This document shows positions 39,666-52,300 of a stretch of DNA of 64,000 bases, piece by piece; within the stretch, counting starts at the first letter, position 1, and each line of letters begins with the position of its first letter. The position numbers were made by a program, and so were the translations under genes. The DNA comes from Pristiophorus japonicus. Taxonomy: Eukaryota. The stretch covers positions 176,700,001-176,764,000 of the forward strand of contig NC_091990.1 of assembly GCF_044704955.1 (NCBI RefSeq). The letters run 5' to 3'. The notes below the pieces were generated by a model. The model saw only the letters and a program-made list of their open reading frames with translations, did not search any database and was not told the origin of the DNA.

Positions 39666-40779
39666 GATAAGTGGTGTAATATCTCGTCCAAGAATCTATC
39701 ACAGAGTGCTTTGAAATTACATTGGCTGTGATATAATTCCAGTCCACTAAAATACATTATAAAAATGCATCGGGTTTAAAACTTTGTACAGGTGGAACCT
39801 CTCTGGTCCGGGAACTTCTGTGGTTCGGCATTAGTTTGTAGAATTGACGCTTTGCGTGGGTGGCATCCCAGTTCCAACGTATCACTCTAAACTGTCTGCA
39901 AATCTTCCCCTCTAACTCATTTCTGCTGTTTGGTGGTCTTAATGTATACTGAGAATTATATTACAATATTTCCTTCCTACTGCTTAACCCTATCCATATG
40001 GATTATGTCTCAATACAACCCTGTAGATTTAATTTAATCTAAGAGAATGAAAAATAGTAAGCAAGTGCACTCCAAGTGAGGAGTCAGATTTGCAGCCATT
40101 AAAGTCTAATTTTGGGAGAAAGAGGCCCCTTAACATTTCATATAAAATAGATTATCTGCTGGTCTAACTGTTTTTGAAGCTGCTTCTACAGATGTGCACC
40201 CTAGTATTTGAAAAAGATTTATAATGCAAGGATGAATATTTTTCTTTGCTTTGCTCAACAACACTGGGGAAAGAAGAGCATAGCGCACTATGTGCCCTGG
40301 GGTAATGCAGAGTCAAGGCACCATAAAAGAGCAACAGACTACAACTGATCTGCATGCCACAATATTTGAAACTGGAATTGATCTGCCCAGGAGAGCGGTG
40401 AGCAGCACTCTACAGGTACCGGTAAGCCTAGGCTAGGCGTATGCTTATGTAGGGTGTATCGGTACAGTCATATACTGACCTCCTGTGGTTCGGAAAATTC
40501 TGTTTCAGCACCAATCAGGTCCCGAGGGGGCTGGACTACAGAGGTCCAAACTGTATACAGCCTTTTTAACGTTAGAACAAAGCTGATGCTCCAGCTCACA
40601 AACTCCTTTCATTGAAATTAGCCATTGGGGGACTAGAGTTCTGTGGATGAACTGTGAACCAATATTGATGCATTACAGTGCTGGTTTGACTGAAGTCAGT
40701 CTGCAGTTTAACAAGAGTCCACAGAGAGTGCAATTGTAACCTAACATGCTCACAAACCCCCCCCCCCCCCCCCCCCAAA

Positions 40780-42370
40780 AATGCTGAAATGTGCCAAACT
40801 CAATACGGTAACATTTAGGACCCGAAATACATCGACATACCGCCCAAAAATTTTATTTTGGTGAAAAAATACCTTCATGCCACACCGGTATGCACACCGC
40901 CCGCCCATGCATACCGCCGACATACTGCCCAAAAGTGCAAAATTCATGACATACCATCGGAACGGCATACCGTCCTGGAGAAGGTGCTTTTAAGTGGATC
41001 TTAAGTGGGCGGTATGTACACAGAGCTGACAGGTTTGTTTGATATTATACAGATCTTTATAGTTCTCCATGTATTTTTAAATGGATTGTAGTATTTTCTA
41101 ATGTTAGGCAATAGTATAAAAGGTCTAATAAAGCCTTATTTACTCCTTTATTAATGAACTACAATAAAAATATTAGTCTCTCACCCAACAGTCTCTCCCA
41201 TACCTGTCTCTCTCCCCCCTGCCCCACAGCGATCTCGTCCCTTTCCCACTCCCCCCAGCGGTCTCTTCCCTTTCTCTTTCCTCCACCCCCCCCTCCCAGC
41301 GATGTCTTCCCTTTCCCCCCCGCCCCCCCCACCCCATCCCCCCCGCCCCCCCCACCCCATCCCCCTGTCTTCTCCACAATCAACTGATGCTGCACAGCAC
41401 ACAGGGCATTAGCAACTGACCACAATGCCACACCATGGCCACATTTACTTCCCTTGACGCTGTGCACCCTGGCTGCTACATGATGCCCCAGGTTGGCATC
41501 ACCCCACACCAGCACCATAAAGTAACCTTGCAATGCCCAAGCAATTCCTTTCACACTCATCACCATTGTGCAGGGAACCCTTATGTCTGGCCATTCACTA
41601 TGCCACTTCCAAAGGTGCACACAAATCTGACCAAGAACATAAAGTTTGACAACATATCTGCAGAAACTCTACATGAACATTGGCTAAAACACCCAAGTTC
41701 CTACCCTTGTTTGTTGTTCGTTGGTATGATTGTAGAAGAATGAGGGCGACTAATGAGATGAGGAAGTGATAATGTAGATAGAGAGGAATGATTGGAGGTG
41801 CAAGGTCAATTGGTGTAAGGATGTGTAAGAGTAGGGTTCGGAAGGCAGAGTGATGGTGATGTGATGAGTGGCACAGCAGGATGAGGTTGAGTGCGGCTTT
41901 GCAGTACAATGATCTACTGAGATCATTGAAAGGTTTGCACCATTGCAGCCAGGTCCTTCTGATGACATCCCTGCTTGTGTCCTCCTGTGCAGTACGCAAC
42001 CAGGCTATGTTGCTGTCTTGAGGAGGTCTCTTCCATCCATTGAAAGAGAAGAGAACCTCCCTGCAAGCTGAGACTCCCTCCATAAGCATCTGGAAGGAGT
42101 CATTGGAGAGCCTGGGTGCAGCTGTGCACCTTTGTGCAGTGCTTGTCAGTGTGTGCAGCAGCTCAATGCTGTAGAACACTGACAGAACAGTAAAAAAAAA
42201 CCCGACTGATGACGCGACATCAGACTGGCTTCCCATTAATTGGCCAGGAACCTCGCAGGGTGGGTTTAACAAGCCCAATCATCGTAAAATTGTGTTGAGA
42301 GGGCAGGAAGGAGGCAGGAACGCATTCCCCACAAGCCACCAGTACTGGCTGCACCCGAAATCATGGCCTT
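40780..42370 (-). mobile_element. Degenerate Harbinger-type element with Myb/SANT-like ORF remnant (~41920-42120)
   Basis: PRLSNDSFQMLMEGV..REVLF..AWLRTAQE..RRTWLQWCKPFNDL resembles the Harbinger Myb/SANT protein. Confidence 0.6.
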
Positions 42371-43017
42371 TGTGCGTGAGGCTAGATGCCGTACCAGTCG
42401 GGTATTCCACTGTGATGATCATCTAGACATAATCCCATCTTCATCCAACATCCTCACTTGCACTTACCAGTCGGAACAATTGGATAGTAATCAACGAGAA
42501 TCCCTCCCTAACCCAGGGGTACACAGAGTTGAAATATAGCAGTAATTAACTGATCCAAGATCTGCTTTTTCAACACAATCTGAAAATTGAACCTAGGTCC
42601 AACGTTCTCGCCAAGCCGCATGGCGGTCTGGAGGTGCCACACAGGCCACACGACAATGTGAATGGGCCACGTAGCCGCGTACCTAAAACAAAAATTAGAG
42701 GGAACATCGCCTGGAACCCCTGATTTTAATTGCTCACTACATCAGATGGTACATTTGCCTATTGAGCCACTGAAATCAAAAGGGTCAATACAAACTCCAA
42801 GAAGGTAATTAAAATCCCATTTTTGAATGGGCTAAAAATTTAAAGCTGGGTTTTTCATTTTAATATCTACCTGCTTCATAAAACACTACTTGTCAAATTT
42901 CCAAATGTTAAAAGCATAATGAAGTAGTTTGTTTTGCCTGCGGGAACAATTTAAAATAACATTTGGACTGTCTAAAATTGACAGACAAAACAGGTGCAAC
43001 AAAATGTTATATTTACC

Positions 43018-43331
43018 TTAAAATTCCAAAGAAAAAGTTTGTTCCACAACTTCTTTAGTTTCTGAGTGAGTAACCTTGCAACTGATTACTGTGCCCTGAT
43101 CAGATGCATCAGGAGCGAATTCTATTTTTGTTACTGAAGAGAAGAGACCATTTGCAGCAATTTCAGGCTTTGTATTATCCACTGGTCCTATGAAAGGCTG
43201 CTTTTCTTTGAACCACTTAACTTCAATTTCTTGAGGTGCATAATCAGTCAGTGAAACAGTGAACGTTGCCACTTTGTTTTTCTCTGGACGTGTTGGGTTG
43301 CATCTGATTTCAGACACAGTGGGAGCAGAAC
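43018..43331 (-). CDS. Gene A post-TM Ig C1 domain 6, last coding exon (B-strand Cys absent)
   Basis: ttttaag| acceptor; [19 protein letters not shown]...NGLFSS...ISCKVTHSE...LEF-TAA, then G|gtaaat. Confidence 0.88.
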
Positions 43332-46300
43332 CTTAAAACAGAATGGAATATGCAAATACTGAGTTTTCTGTGGACTGAAATACATTTACCAGAATGTTGA
43401 GACAAATTAAGATAACTTTGGCAAACTGAATTCTTTAATTTGGAAAATTCAGTTATTATACTGATACGGTGCAGCTGGGACCACGAGTGACGAAGGTAGG
43501 ACCGGAGGAGGATGTGGAAGAGCCACAACTGCAGATAAATATTCAACAGGACACCATTTTTTAAAGACTAAAAATAGATGTCATCGGCCCAGATGATATG
43601 CATCCCACAATACTGAAGGACGATACTAAAAATCTTTGGGAATGGGAATTCTTCCAAGTTGACTAGAAAACTGCAAATGTTAAAAATTTTGTTCAAGAAA
43701 GTGAAAAAAATTCAGGGAATTAGTCTTGCCTCAATTGTGGGGAAACATATACACACAGTCCATAAGACATAATTAAATGACTCAACAATTAGAAAGGCAT
43801 GGACAGTCAGCAGGAGTTTACAAAAGGCAAGTTGTGTTTTGGGTGAGCCCAAAAGGTAGTACCTCTGCATGGCAAACATCTGCACCCAGACGGGTGGTTT
43901 TAGTTATCATCATCGGCAGTCCCTCGGAATCGAGGAAGACTTGCTTCCACTCTTAAAATATGAGTCCTTAGTTGGTTGAATAGTCCAATAGTCCCTGTCA
44001 CAGGTGGGACAGATAGTCGTTGAGGGAAAGGGAGAGTCTGGTTTGCCGCACGCTCTTTCCGCTGCCTGCGCCTGATTTCTGCACGCTCTCGGCGATGAGA
44101 CTCGAGGTGCTCAGCACCTTCCCAGATGCACTTCCTCCACTTAGGGCGGTCTTCGGCCAGGGACTCCCAGGTGTCAGTGGGGAATGTTGCACTTTTTCAG
44201 GGAGGCTTTGAGGGTGTCCTTGTAACGTTTCCTCTGCCCATCTTTGGCTCGTGAAGGAGTTCCGAGTAGAGCGCTTGCTTTGGGAGTCTCGTATCTGGCA
44301 TGCGGACAATGTGGCCTGCCCAGTGGAGCTGATCAAGTGTGGTCAGTGCTTCGATGCTGGGGATGTTTGCCTGGTTGAGGACGCTAATGTTGGTGGTTTT
44401 AGCAGCAATTGGTCCTGATGACACACCCAGCTCTCACTTAAGGCTCCAAGCACCACACCCGGGACCTTGCCTCAGCTGGCATGCTAAACTTGGAGAGAGT
44501 AGTCAAGGAGTAACGATTGAACACGTGTCGAATTCCAGTCCTCTGAAACCAAACATTCAGCCCCGTCACTGCTGATCTGACAGATGGGAATTTAGTAGTT
44601 GTGATTGACTAACTGAATTTCTTTGACTAATTCACATTTCCTATCAAGTTATACTGGCTCCCTGCCATAACTACAGCGGGCAGAAGAAAATTGGATGGAA
44701 AGCCATTCCACTAGCCTCCTGCATTGTCACTTCCATGATTTCCCACTGAAACCCAGTCATCAGGTGTCCAATCCATTCACTTAAATATGATCAGAAGTAT
44801 TGTCGAGAGGCAAAAGAAAGAAATAGGACTTTTGACTTTTTTCTCATAATTTTACCACAGCAATGTTGGATGGTATGAATGCCTTATCTTATTGGTGAGC
44901 TACTGCTGTCGCGTGTGATGGTGGCGGTTTAAAATTTAAAGGACCCAAGGGAGGGCAAGAGACTGTAGAGGAATTAATTGCACTCCCTGACTCCAATTTT
45001 ACAAAGTTTAAAAAAAGGCTACTTCTCTTAATTCAACATTTCTTAATTTTCCTGTAATCTTATTAATTCTACTATCAAGGTCCTGTACCCATCTAGGTCC
45101 ATTTACAATGAATAGAAATACATTAGAAACAAACATTCAAGCACAAATTGCCTTCTTCAAAAATTAAATTTTATTGATAACTATGATCAGTTGTTACCTA
45201 AATCAATCATTATTATAGATTCCAGCATAATTAGGGTTTTACACCAGTTTAACGTACCTGGAAGTGTTAAATATAGCTGTTTTTTTATACTGTTGGATAA
45301 AGCTTTATGTTCCAATACAAAGGCAAATTCCTTATTGTGATCCAAAGCTGTTGGTGTCAACTTCAGGCAGGAAACTAACCGATAATATCCACCTTCTTCC
45401 TTCTCAGGGTCGGTATTTTTGACTCCATTATGGACAGGCTTGTCATCCATTAGCCAGTTGGTTGAGATTATTTTTGGAGAAAAATTACTTACAACACACT
45501 GAAGAAGAAGAGGCTGGCCATATGATGGAATTTCTGGCTCAAGAATGATGTCAGAAACTATTGGAATTCCTGTTTGAAAAGAAGAAGAATTGTTTACAAG
45601 AATGACAATGAGCAATATGTACCTGGTGTACCTGTAGTCAACCCTGCCCCTCCCAGACCATGAAGTATTGTAATTTGATGAAATTCTGCGGACCAATACT
45701 ATAGCACAATAACAAAGTAAACTAACAATCTGAAAGATGGCACTAATACTATTTTAAATTGTATCCATGTTAGCAAACCAGTCTGACATGGTAAATGATT
45801 GATGCATACTTTAAAACATTTAACTCCTCGTTATTGTGGGTAAACAACAACAAACGGGTATCAACTTTATTACCGTTGTAATCTTAAATTCAACATTAAA
45901 AATCTGTAATTTTAAAGTTAACTTGGCCTCTCAACATTCTACTTCTCAACTTTCAATCCCTTCGTTAGTTTATTGCAAACAACCTGAAATTGGACTCTTC
46001 AAATACTGTATTACAAACAATTAACGCTTTCAGACAATAACAAAGCATTTATTTTACCTTTACGTTCTATTACTATCCAAGACTGTTTTAACCATCAACA
46101 TTTTGATGCAGAAAAGACAAAGGCTTGGATTTCACAATCAGCGCCGAAATGACAGCGCTTGCTGCTGACCTCGAAGAAAGCTGCCCACAAAGATCTAGCG
46201 ATCTCTGACATGGATGTCACCTTTCCCAATGTTAAATTCATTCTGGCGTCACCTATAGGGGATCTTCAGCAACAGTGATGTCATCAAGCAGGCTAAGCAA

Positions 46301-49300
46301 CCAATCACATTGAAGAATACTCAAACAGCAAACCAGGAAGTAAAATGTACTTTTTAATCATTTTACAGAGAATGAAATAAAGATTGAAAGCTACACATGG
46401 GATTAAGAAACTCGTATCATAAACAAACTTAAAAAATATTTTTTTTACATTCCAGAAATATAAAATTAGTTTTTCAGGCCCAGAGAGGGTTTTCACCAGT
46501 AATTATGACTTATACACTGTTTAAAAACCCAGTTACACCTCATTCAACAAGGTTTAACTTTTTGGGGTGTTTTTACAGCAAAATTAGAATGTAAAAAATG
46601 GAGGTTCACGTTAATTCAAGTGTTTTATAAAGATTTCTGTCTGCGGGGACTTCAACAGTGCACCCTGTGGAGGTGCAGGGAATCACTGAAAGCAACTTCT
46701 GGATTTTTGCGATTAACTGCGCATGTGCGGACGCCAGAAGTTTGTGTCAGTTTCACGAGGAATGCTGACAGTTTCACCGTCATTCCAACTGCAAGTTCCA
46801 GGCCAGTAAGTTCTGAGGCTAAATGAAATTGTGCATTTACTGGAATTTCAGAATAACTTACCCATTATATGTTGATCTATGAGCTAGTAAGAGTAGTACT
46901 GTAAATCAAGATTAGTGCAAGGAAGGTTTAATATGTTGATATTCAAAGAGCTCAATTTAAAGGCAAAATTTTTGCATCACCCATTACTTATAATAATTCC
47001 CCTTGGGTCGGTTTGCCCCTTAATTCTTAGTCCATGGTAGTAACATTTGATATTTTCAGCTGCTCGCAATGTACTGAAGGTGATCAGTCACTTACTTTGG
47101 CTTGATTCCTGACCATGTTTTGCCTTTTATCCCGTTTTCAGAATTAGTCAATCTCTGAATTCCCCCATCTCCACCCCAATGCCTAGAATTCCAGGCATGG
47201 TTGGTCTGTCAGGTAAAACTACTATGCTATTTATTCAACCTATTCCAAATTATGAGCATTCTGTGTTGTGGCCCTGGAAGCAGCTAGGTTGAGTCTCCCA
47301 AAAAGATTAATCATTCTTGGCTAAATTCAAACCTAGGCGGTGGAAGGACAATACTAACCAAACACTTCTTCTCAGTTTTTCTAGGTTTTTAAGCCCAAGT
47401 AAATTGTAATTATTCAAATCAGTCAATAATCAAGAAATTGTGTGTTTATCATGGATCTTAGCAACCCAGGTATTACTCAGATATGAGATGATCTGAAGTA
47501 TCATACCAGGCCTGTGCGTGCTAAAACCAAGATCAACTCGTAGATTTGATAAGATACAGTACAGGTACAGTAGCATAGTGGTTATGATATTGGACTATTA
47601 ATCCAGAGGCTTGGACTAATAATCCAGAGACAGAAGTTCAAATCTCAACATGGCAGCTAAGGATTTATTTTAGTTAAATAAATCTGGAATTTAAAAATAA
47701 GTTAGCACCAGTAATGGCGACCATGAAACTACCAGATTGTCGTAAAAACACAACTGGTTCACTAATGTCCTTCAGGGAAGGAAATCTGCCGTCCTCGCCC
47801 GGTCTGGCCTATACGAGACTCCAGACCCACAGCAATGTGGTTGACTCTTAACTACCCTCTGAAATGGCGTAGCAAGCTACTCAGTTGTACCAAATCGCTA
47901 CGACAGAGTCAGCACTGTGGGAGTACTTTCATCACAAGGCGGCGGCTCAACCCCACCTTCTCAAGAGCAATTAGGGATGGGCAATAAATGCCTGCCATGT
48001 CAGTGACGCCCACATCCCATGAACGAATAAATGATTTGAGCTCAATATTACCACTGTATAATAATTGGGTTACTTGCTTATAAACATTCATAATTATTAA
48101 TATTTTAACAGCTGTTTTGATGCAAAAATAAAAATAGTTTATGGTTGAATATAAGTATTAGAATTTCAAAATAACTCTAATCCAACCAGGACCCCATTTC
48201 ATACTCATCTAATAAAATAGAAAGGGAGTGGAAAACAAAAAATATTACTATAAAGTATATATTCCATAAGCAAGAGTGCATCAACATTTTCTGTCAAAAT
48301 TATTTTGATACAACATATTTGCGTTAAATTTGCATTTAGTTACTTAAGTATGTGAAAATTTGTAGAAAACAAATTGAAATGTGCAGCTTACTAGAAGTTT
48401 AGTGTTATTGCAGTCCAGTATAGAAACAAATATGCATTTAATTCATACCTCCAAGATGTAAGGTGAAACAGGACCTTGAAGGTCTGTGTGAAGTTGGGAA
48501 ATGAAGAACCTCAACTTTGAATTCAATTTGATGATATTCTGGCTTAATTAACAATTTCCATTGACTTTCACAGCAGAAATAACCAGTTTTTTCATCTATA
48601 CGGGGCTCCGCAGAAATGATTCCTGGATCATCAGTTCTCTCATCATTTTTGAACCACATGAACATGGAGTCCTTTGGATAAAAGCCATGTGCATAGCATA
48701 CAATTGTTGCTTCTTTTCCTGCTGCTGGGAATTCTGGTTCACATCTTATGTATCCTACTAATGGAGAAGATACTGTAACAACACAAAAAAAGTTAGATGT
48801 AGTATCTTGCAAGCTACTTCAATAACCCTCAGAAAATAAACCAGCACGGAAGTGGCCAAAACTCGCGGGAGGACAGAAGATTGGGAAACTTTTAAAAGCC
48901 AGCAAAGAATGACTAAAAAAATGATTAAGAAAAGGAAGATAGACTATGAAAGTAAACTAGCACGAAATATAAAAATAGATAGCAAGAGATTCTGCAGGTA
49001 TATAAAAAGAAAAAAAAAGAGTGGCTAAAGTAAATCTTGGTCCCTTAGAGGACGAGAGCAGGGAATTAGTAATGGGGAACATGGAGATGGCAGAAACTCT
49101 GAACAAATATTTTGGATCAGTCTTTACGATAAGAGGACACTAACAATATTCCAACAGTGGATAGTCAAAGAGCTATAGGGGGGGAGGAACTTAACACAAT
49201 CACTAAGGAAGTGGTACTCAGTAAGCTAATGAAACTAAAAGGTAGATAAATCCCCTGGACCTGATGGCTTGCATTCTAGGGTTTTAAGAGGAGTAGCGGC

Positions 49301-52300
49301 AGGGATAGTGGATGCATTGATGTAATTTGCCAAAATTCCCTGGATTCTGAAGAGGTTCCAGCAGATTGGAAAACTGCAAATCTAACACCCCAATCTAAAA
49401 AAGGAAGCAGACAAAAAGCAGGAAACTATAGATCAGTTAGCCTAACAACTGTGGTTGGGAAAATGTTGAAGTCCATTATTAAAGCAGGAGCAGGACATTT
49501 GGAAAAGCATCATTCAGTCAGGCAGAGTCAGATGGATTAATGAAGGGAAAGTCATGTTTGACAAATTTGCTGCAATTCTTTGAGGATGTAACAAATAGGG
49601 TGGATGTGGTGTATTTGGACTTCAAGAAAGCATTTAATAAGGTGCCACATAAAAGGTTACTGCACAAGATAAAAGTTCACGGGGTTGGGGTAATATATTG
49701 GCATGGATAGAGGATTGGCTAACTAACAGAAAACAGAGAGTCAGGATAAATGCTTCATTCTCGGATTGGCAATCAATAACTAGTGGGGTGCCACAGGGAT
49801 CAGTGCTGGGACCCCAACTATTTACTATCTATATTAACGACTTGGATGAAGGGACTGAATGTAACGTAGCCAAGTTTGTTGACAATACAAAGATGGGAGG
49901 AAAAGCAATGTGTGAGTAGGACACAAAAAACCTGCAAAAGGACATAGGCAGGCTAAGTGAGTGGAGTATAATGTTGGAAAGTGTGAGGTTATGCACTTTG
50001 TCTCGAAGAGCAAGTTATTATTTAAATAGAGAAAAATTGCAACATGCTGCAGCGGGATCTGGGGGTCCTGGTGCATGAAACGCAGCAAGTGATCAAGAAG
50101 GCCAATGGAATCTTGGCCTTTATTGCAAAGGGGATGGAGTATAAAAGCAGGGAAATCTTGCTACAGTTATACAGGGTATTGATAGAAACATAGAAAATAG
50201 GTGCAGGAGTAGGCCATTCGGCCCTTCTAGCCTGCACCGCCATTCAATGAGTTCATGGCTGAACATGCAACTTCAGTACCCCATTCCTGCTTTCTCACCA
50301 TACCCCTTGATTCCCCTAGTAGTAAGGACTTCATCTAACTCCTTTTTGAATATATTTAGTGAATTGGCCTCAACAACTTTCTGTGGTAGAGAATTCCACA
50401 GGTTCACCACCCTCTGGGTGAAGAAATTCCTCCTCATCTTGGTCCTAAATGGCTTACCCCTTATCCTCAGACTGTGCCCCCTGGTTCTGGACTTCCCCAA
50501 CATTGGGAACATTCTTCCTGCATCTAACCTGTCTAACCCCGTCAGAATTTTAAACGTTTCTATGATGTCCCCTCTCATTCTTCTGAACTCCAGTGAATAC
50601 AAGACCAGTTGATCCAGTCTTTCTTGATAGGTCAGTCCCGCCATCCCGGGAATCAGTCTGGTGAACCTTCGCTGCACGCCCTCAATAGCAAGAATGTCCT
50701 TCCTCAGGTTAGGAGACCAATACTGTACACAGTACTCCAGGTGTGGCCTCACCAAGGCCCTGTACAACTGTAGCAACACCTCCCTGCCCCTGTACTCAAA
50801 TCCCCTCGCTATGAAGGCCAACATGCCATTTGCTTTCTTAACCGCCTGCTGTAACTGCATGCCAACCTTCAATGACTGATGTACCATGACACCCAGGTCT
50901 CTTTGCACCTCCCCTTTTCCTAATCTGTCACCATTCAGATAATAGTCTGTCTCTCGGTTTTTACCACCAAAGTGGATAAACTCACATTTATCCACATTAT
51001 ACTTCTACACATGGAATACTGTGTAGTTTTGGTTTCCATATTTAAGAAAGGATATATTTTTGCTTTGGAGGCAGATCAGAGAAGGTTCACTAGGATGATT
51101 CTGGACATTAGGGGGTTGACTTATGAGGAAAGGTTGAGTAGGTTGGGCCTCTACTCATTGGAATTCAGAAGAATGAGAGGTGATCTTATCGAAACGTATA
51201 AGATTATGAGGGGGTTTAGTAAGGTGGATGCAGAGAGGATGTTTCCACTGATAGGGGAGACTAGAACTAGAGGGCATAATCTTAGATTAAGGGACCGCCC
51301 ATTTAAAACTGAGATGAGCTCTCTGAGGGTTGTAAATCTGTGGAATTCGCTGCCTCAGAGAGCTGTGGAAGCTGGGTCATTGAATAAATTGAAGACAGGT
51401 AAAGACAGTTTCTTAACCGATAAGGGAATAAGGGATTATGGCGAGCGGGCAGGGAAGTGGACCCAAGTCCATGATCGGATCAGCCATGATCGTATTAAAT
51501 GGCGGAGCAGGCTCGAGGGGCTGTATGGCCTACTCCTGCACCAATTTCTTACGTTCTTATGTTCACTTCGGGACCAGCGGCGAATGCATTCACCTTACTT
51601 ACCCACTGGAACCAGTTTAAGGTCAGTTTTTCTGGATTTTGCGATACTTTCGTGCTGGAATTCACAAGTTAATGTCTTCCCCAAATCTTCCCTAACTGGA
51701 ATGAATTTTAAACGACTTATAAAGAAATAAAGGTGATCCTTTCCAAAGACTGCTTCAGTATCAGTATCCATTTCGTCCATGACGATATTATCCTTTTTCC
51801 AAATAACTTTAATATCTTTTGGAAAGAAGGAATATATTCTACAAGATGCGTGTGCATATTCATCTGCAATTGCGGCTTCTGGCATCAGTTTTATATTATC
51901 ACATTTTGGGATAGCTGAGCAAAAAAGGAAAATACAAATTGAAGAATTTTGAAAATAACAGATTTTTAAAAACTTTAAATTGAATCATTGAAAAGAAAGT
52001 TAACAGCTTAAACAGAAACTGATATTCAGCTCGACAGGTACACTGTCACAAGCTACAGTACAAATGTTTGATATTATACATCTGTATCATCACCCCTCCA
52101 CAAAATCCAACAAACCAGAAGTAAAAATAAAAAGCTACTCCACTATCACTGGAAAGGTCCATTCCTTGCACCTCCCCGATCACTTCTGATTGTGCCCGCT
52201 CTTGAAGGGATATTCTAACCACCCACAGGAACTGTATTCTGTGAGATCCACAGAATCGAACAATAAGTGTCGTATACCAACACACTGTTAAGCAAACAGC

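Noticed and set aside
40164-40355. ORF with signal-peptide-like start MQISCSLLLFYGALT
   Set aside because: No convincing phase-1 donor, promoter context or homology
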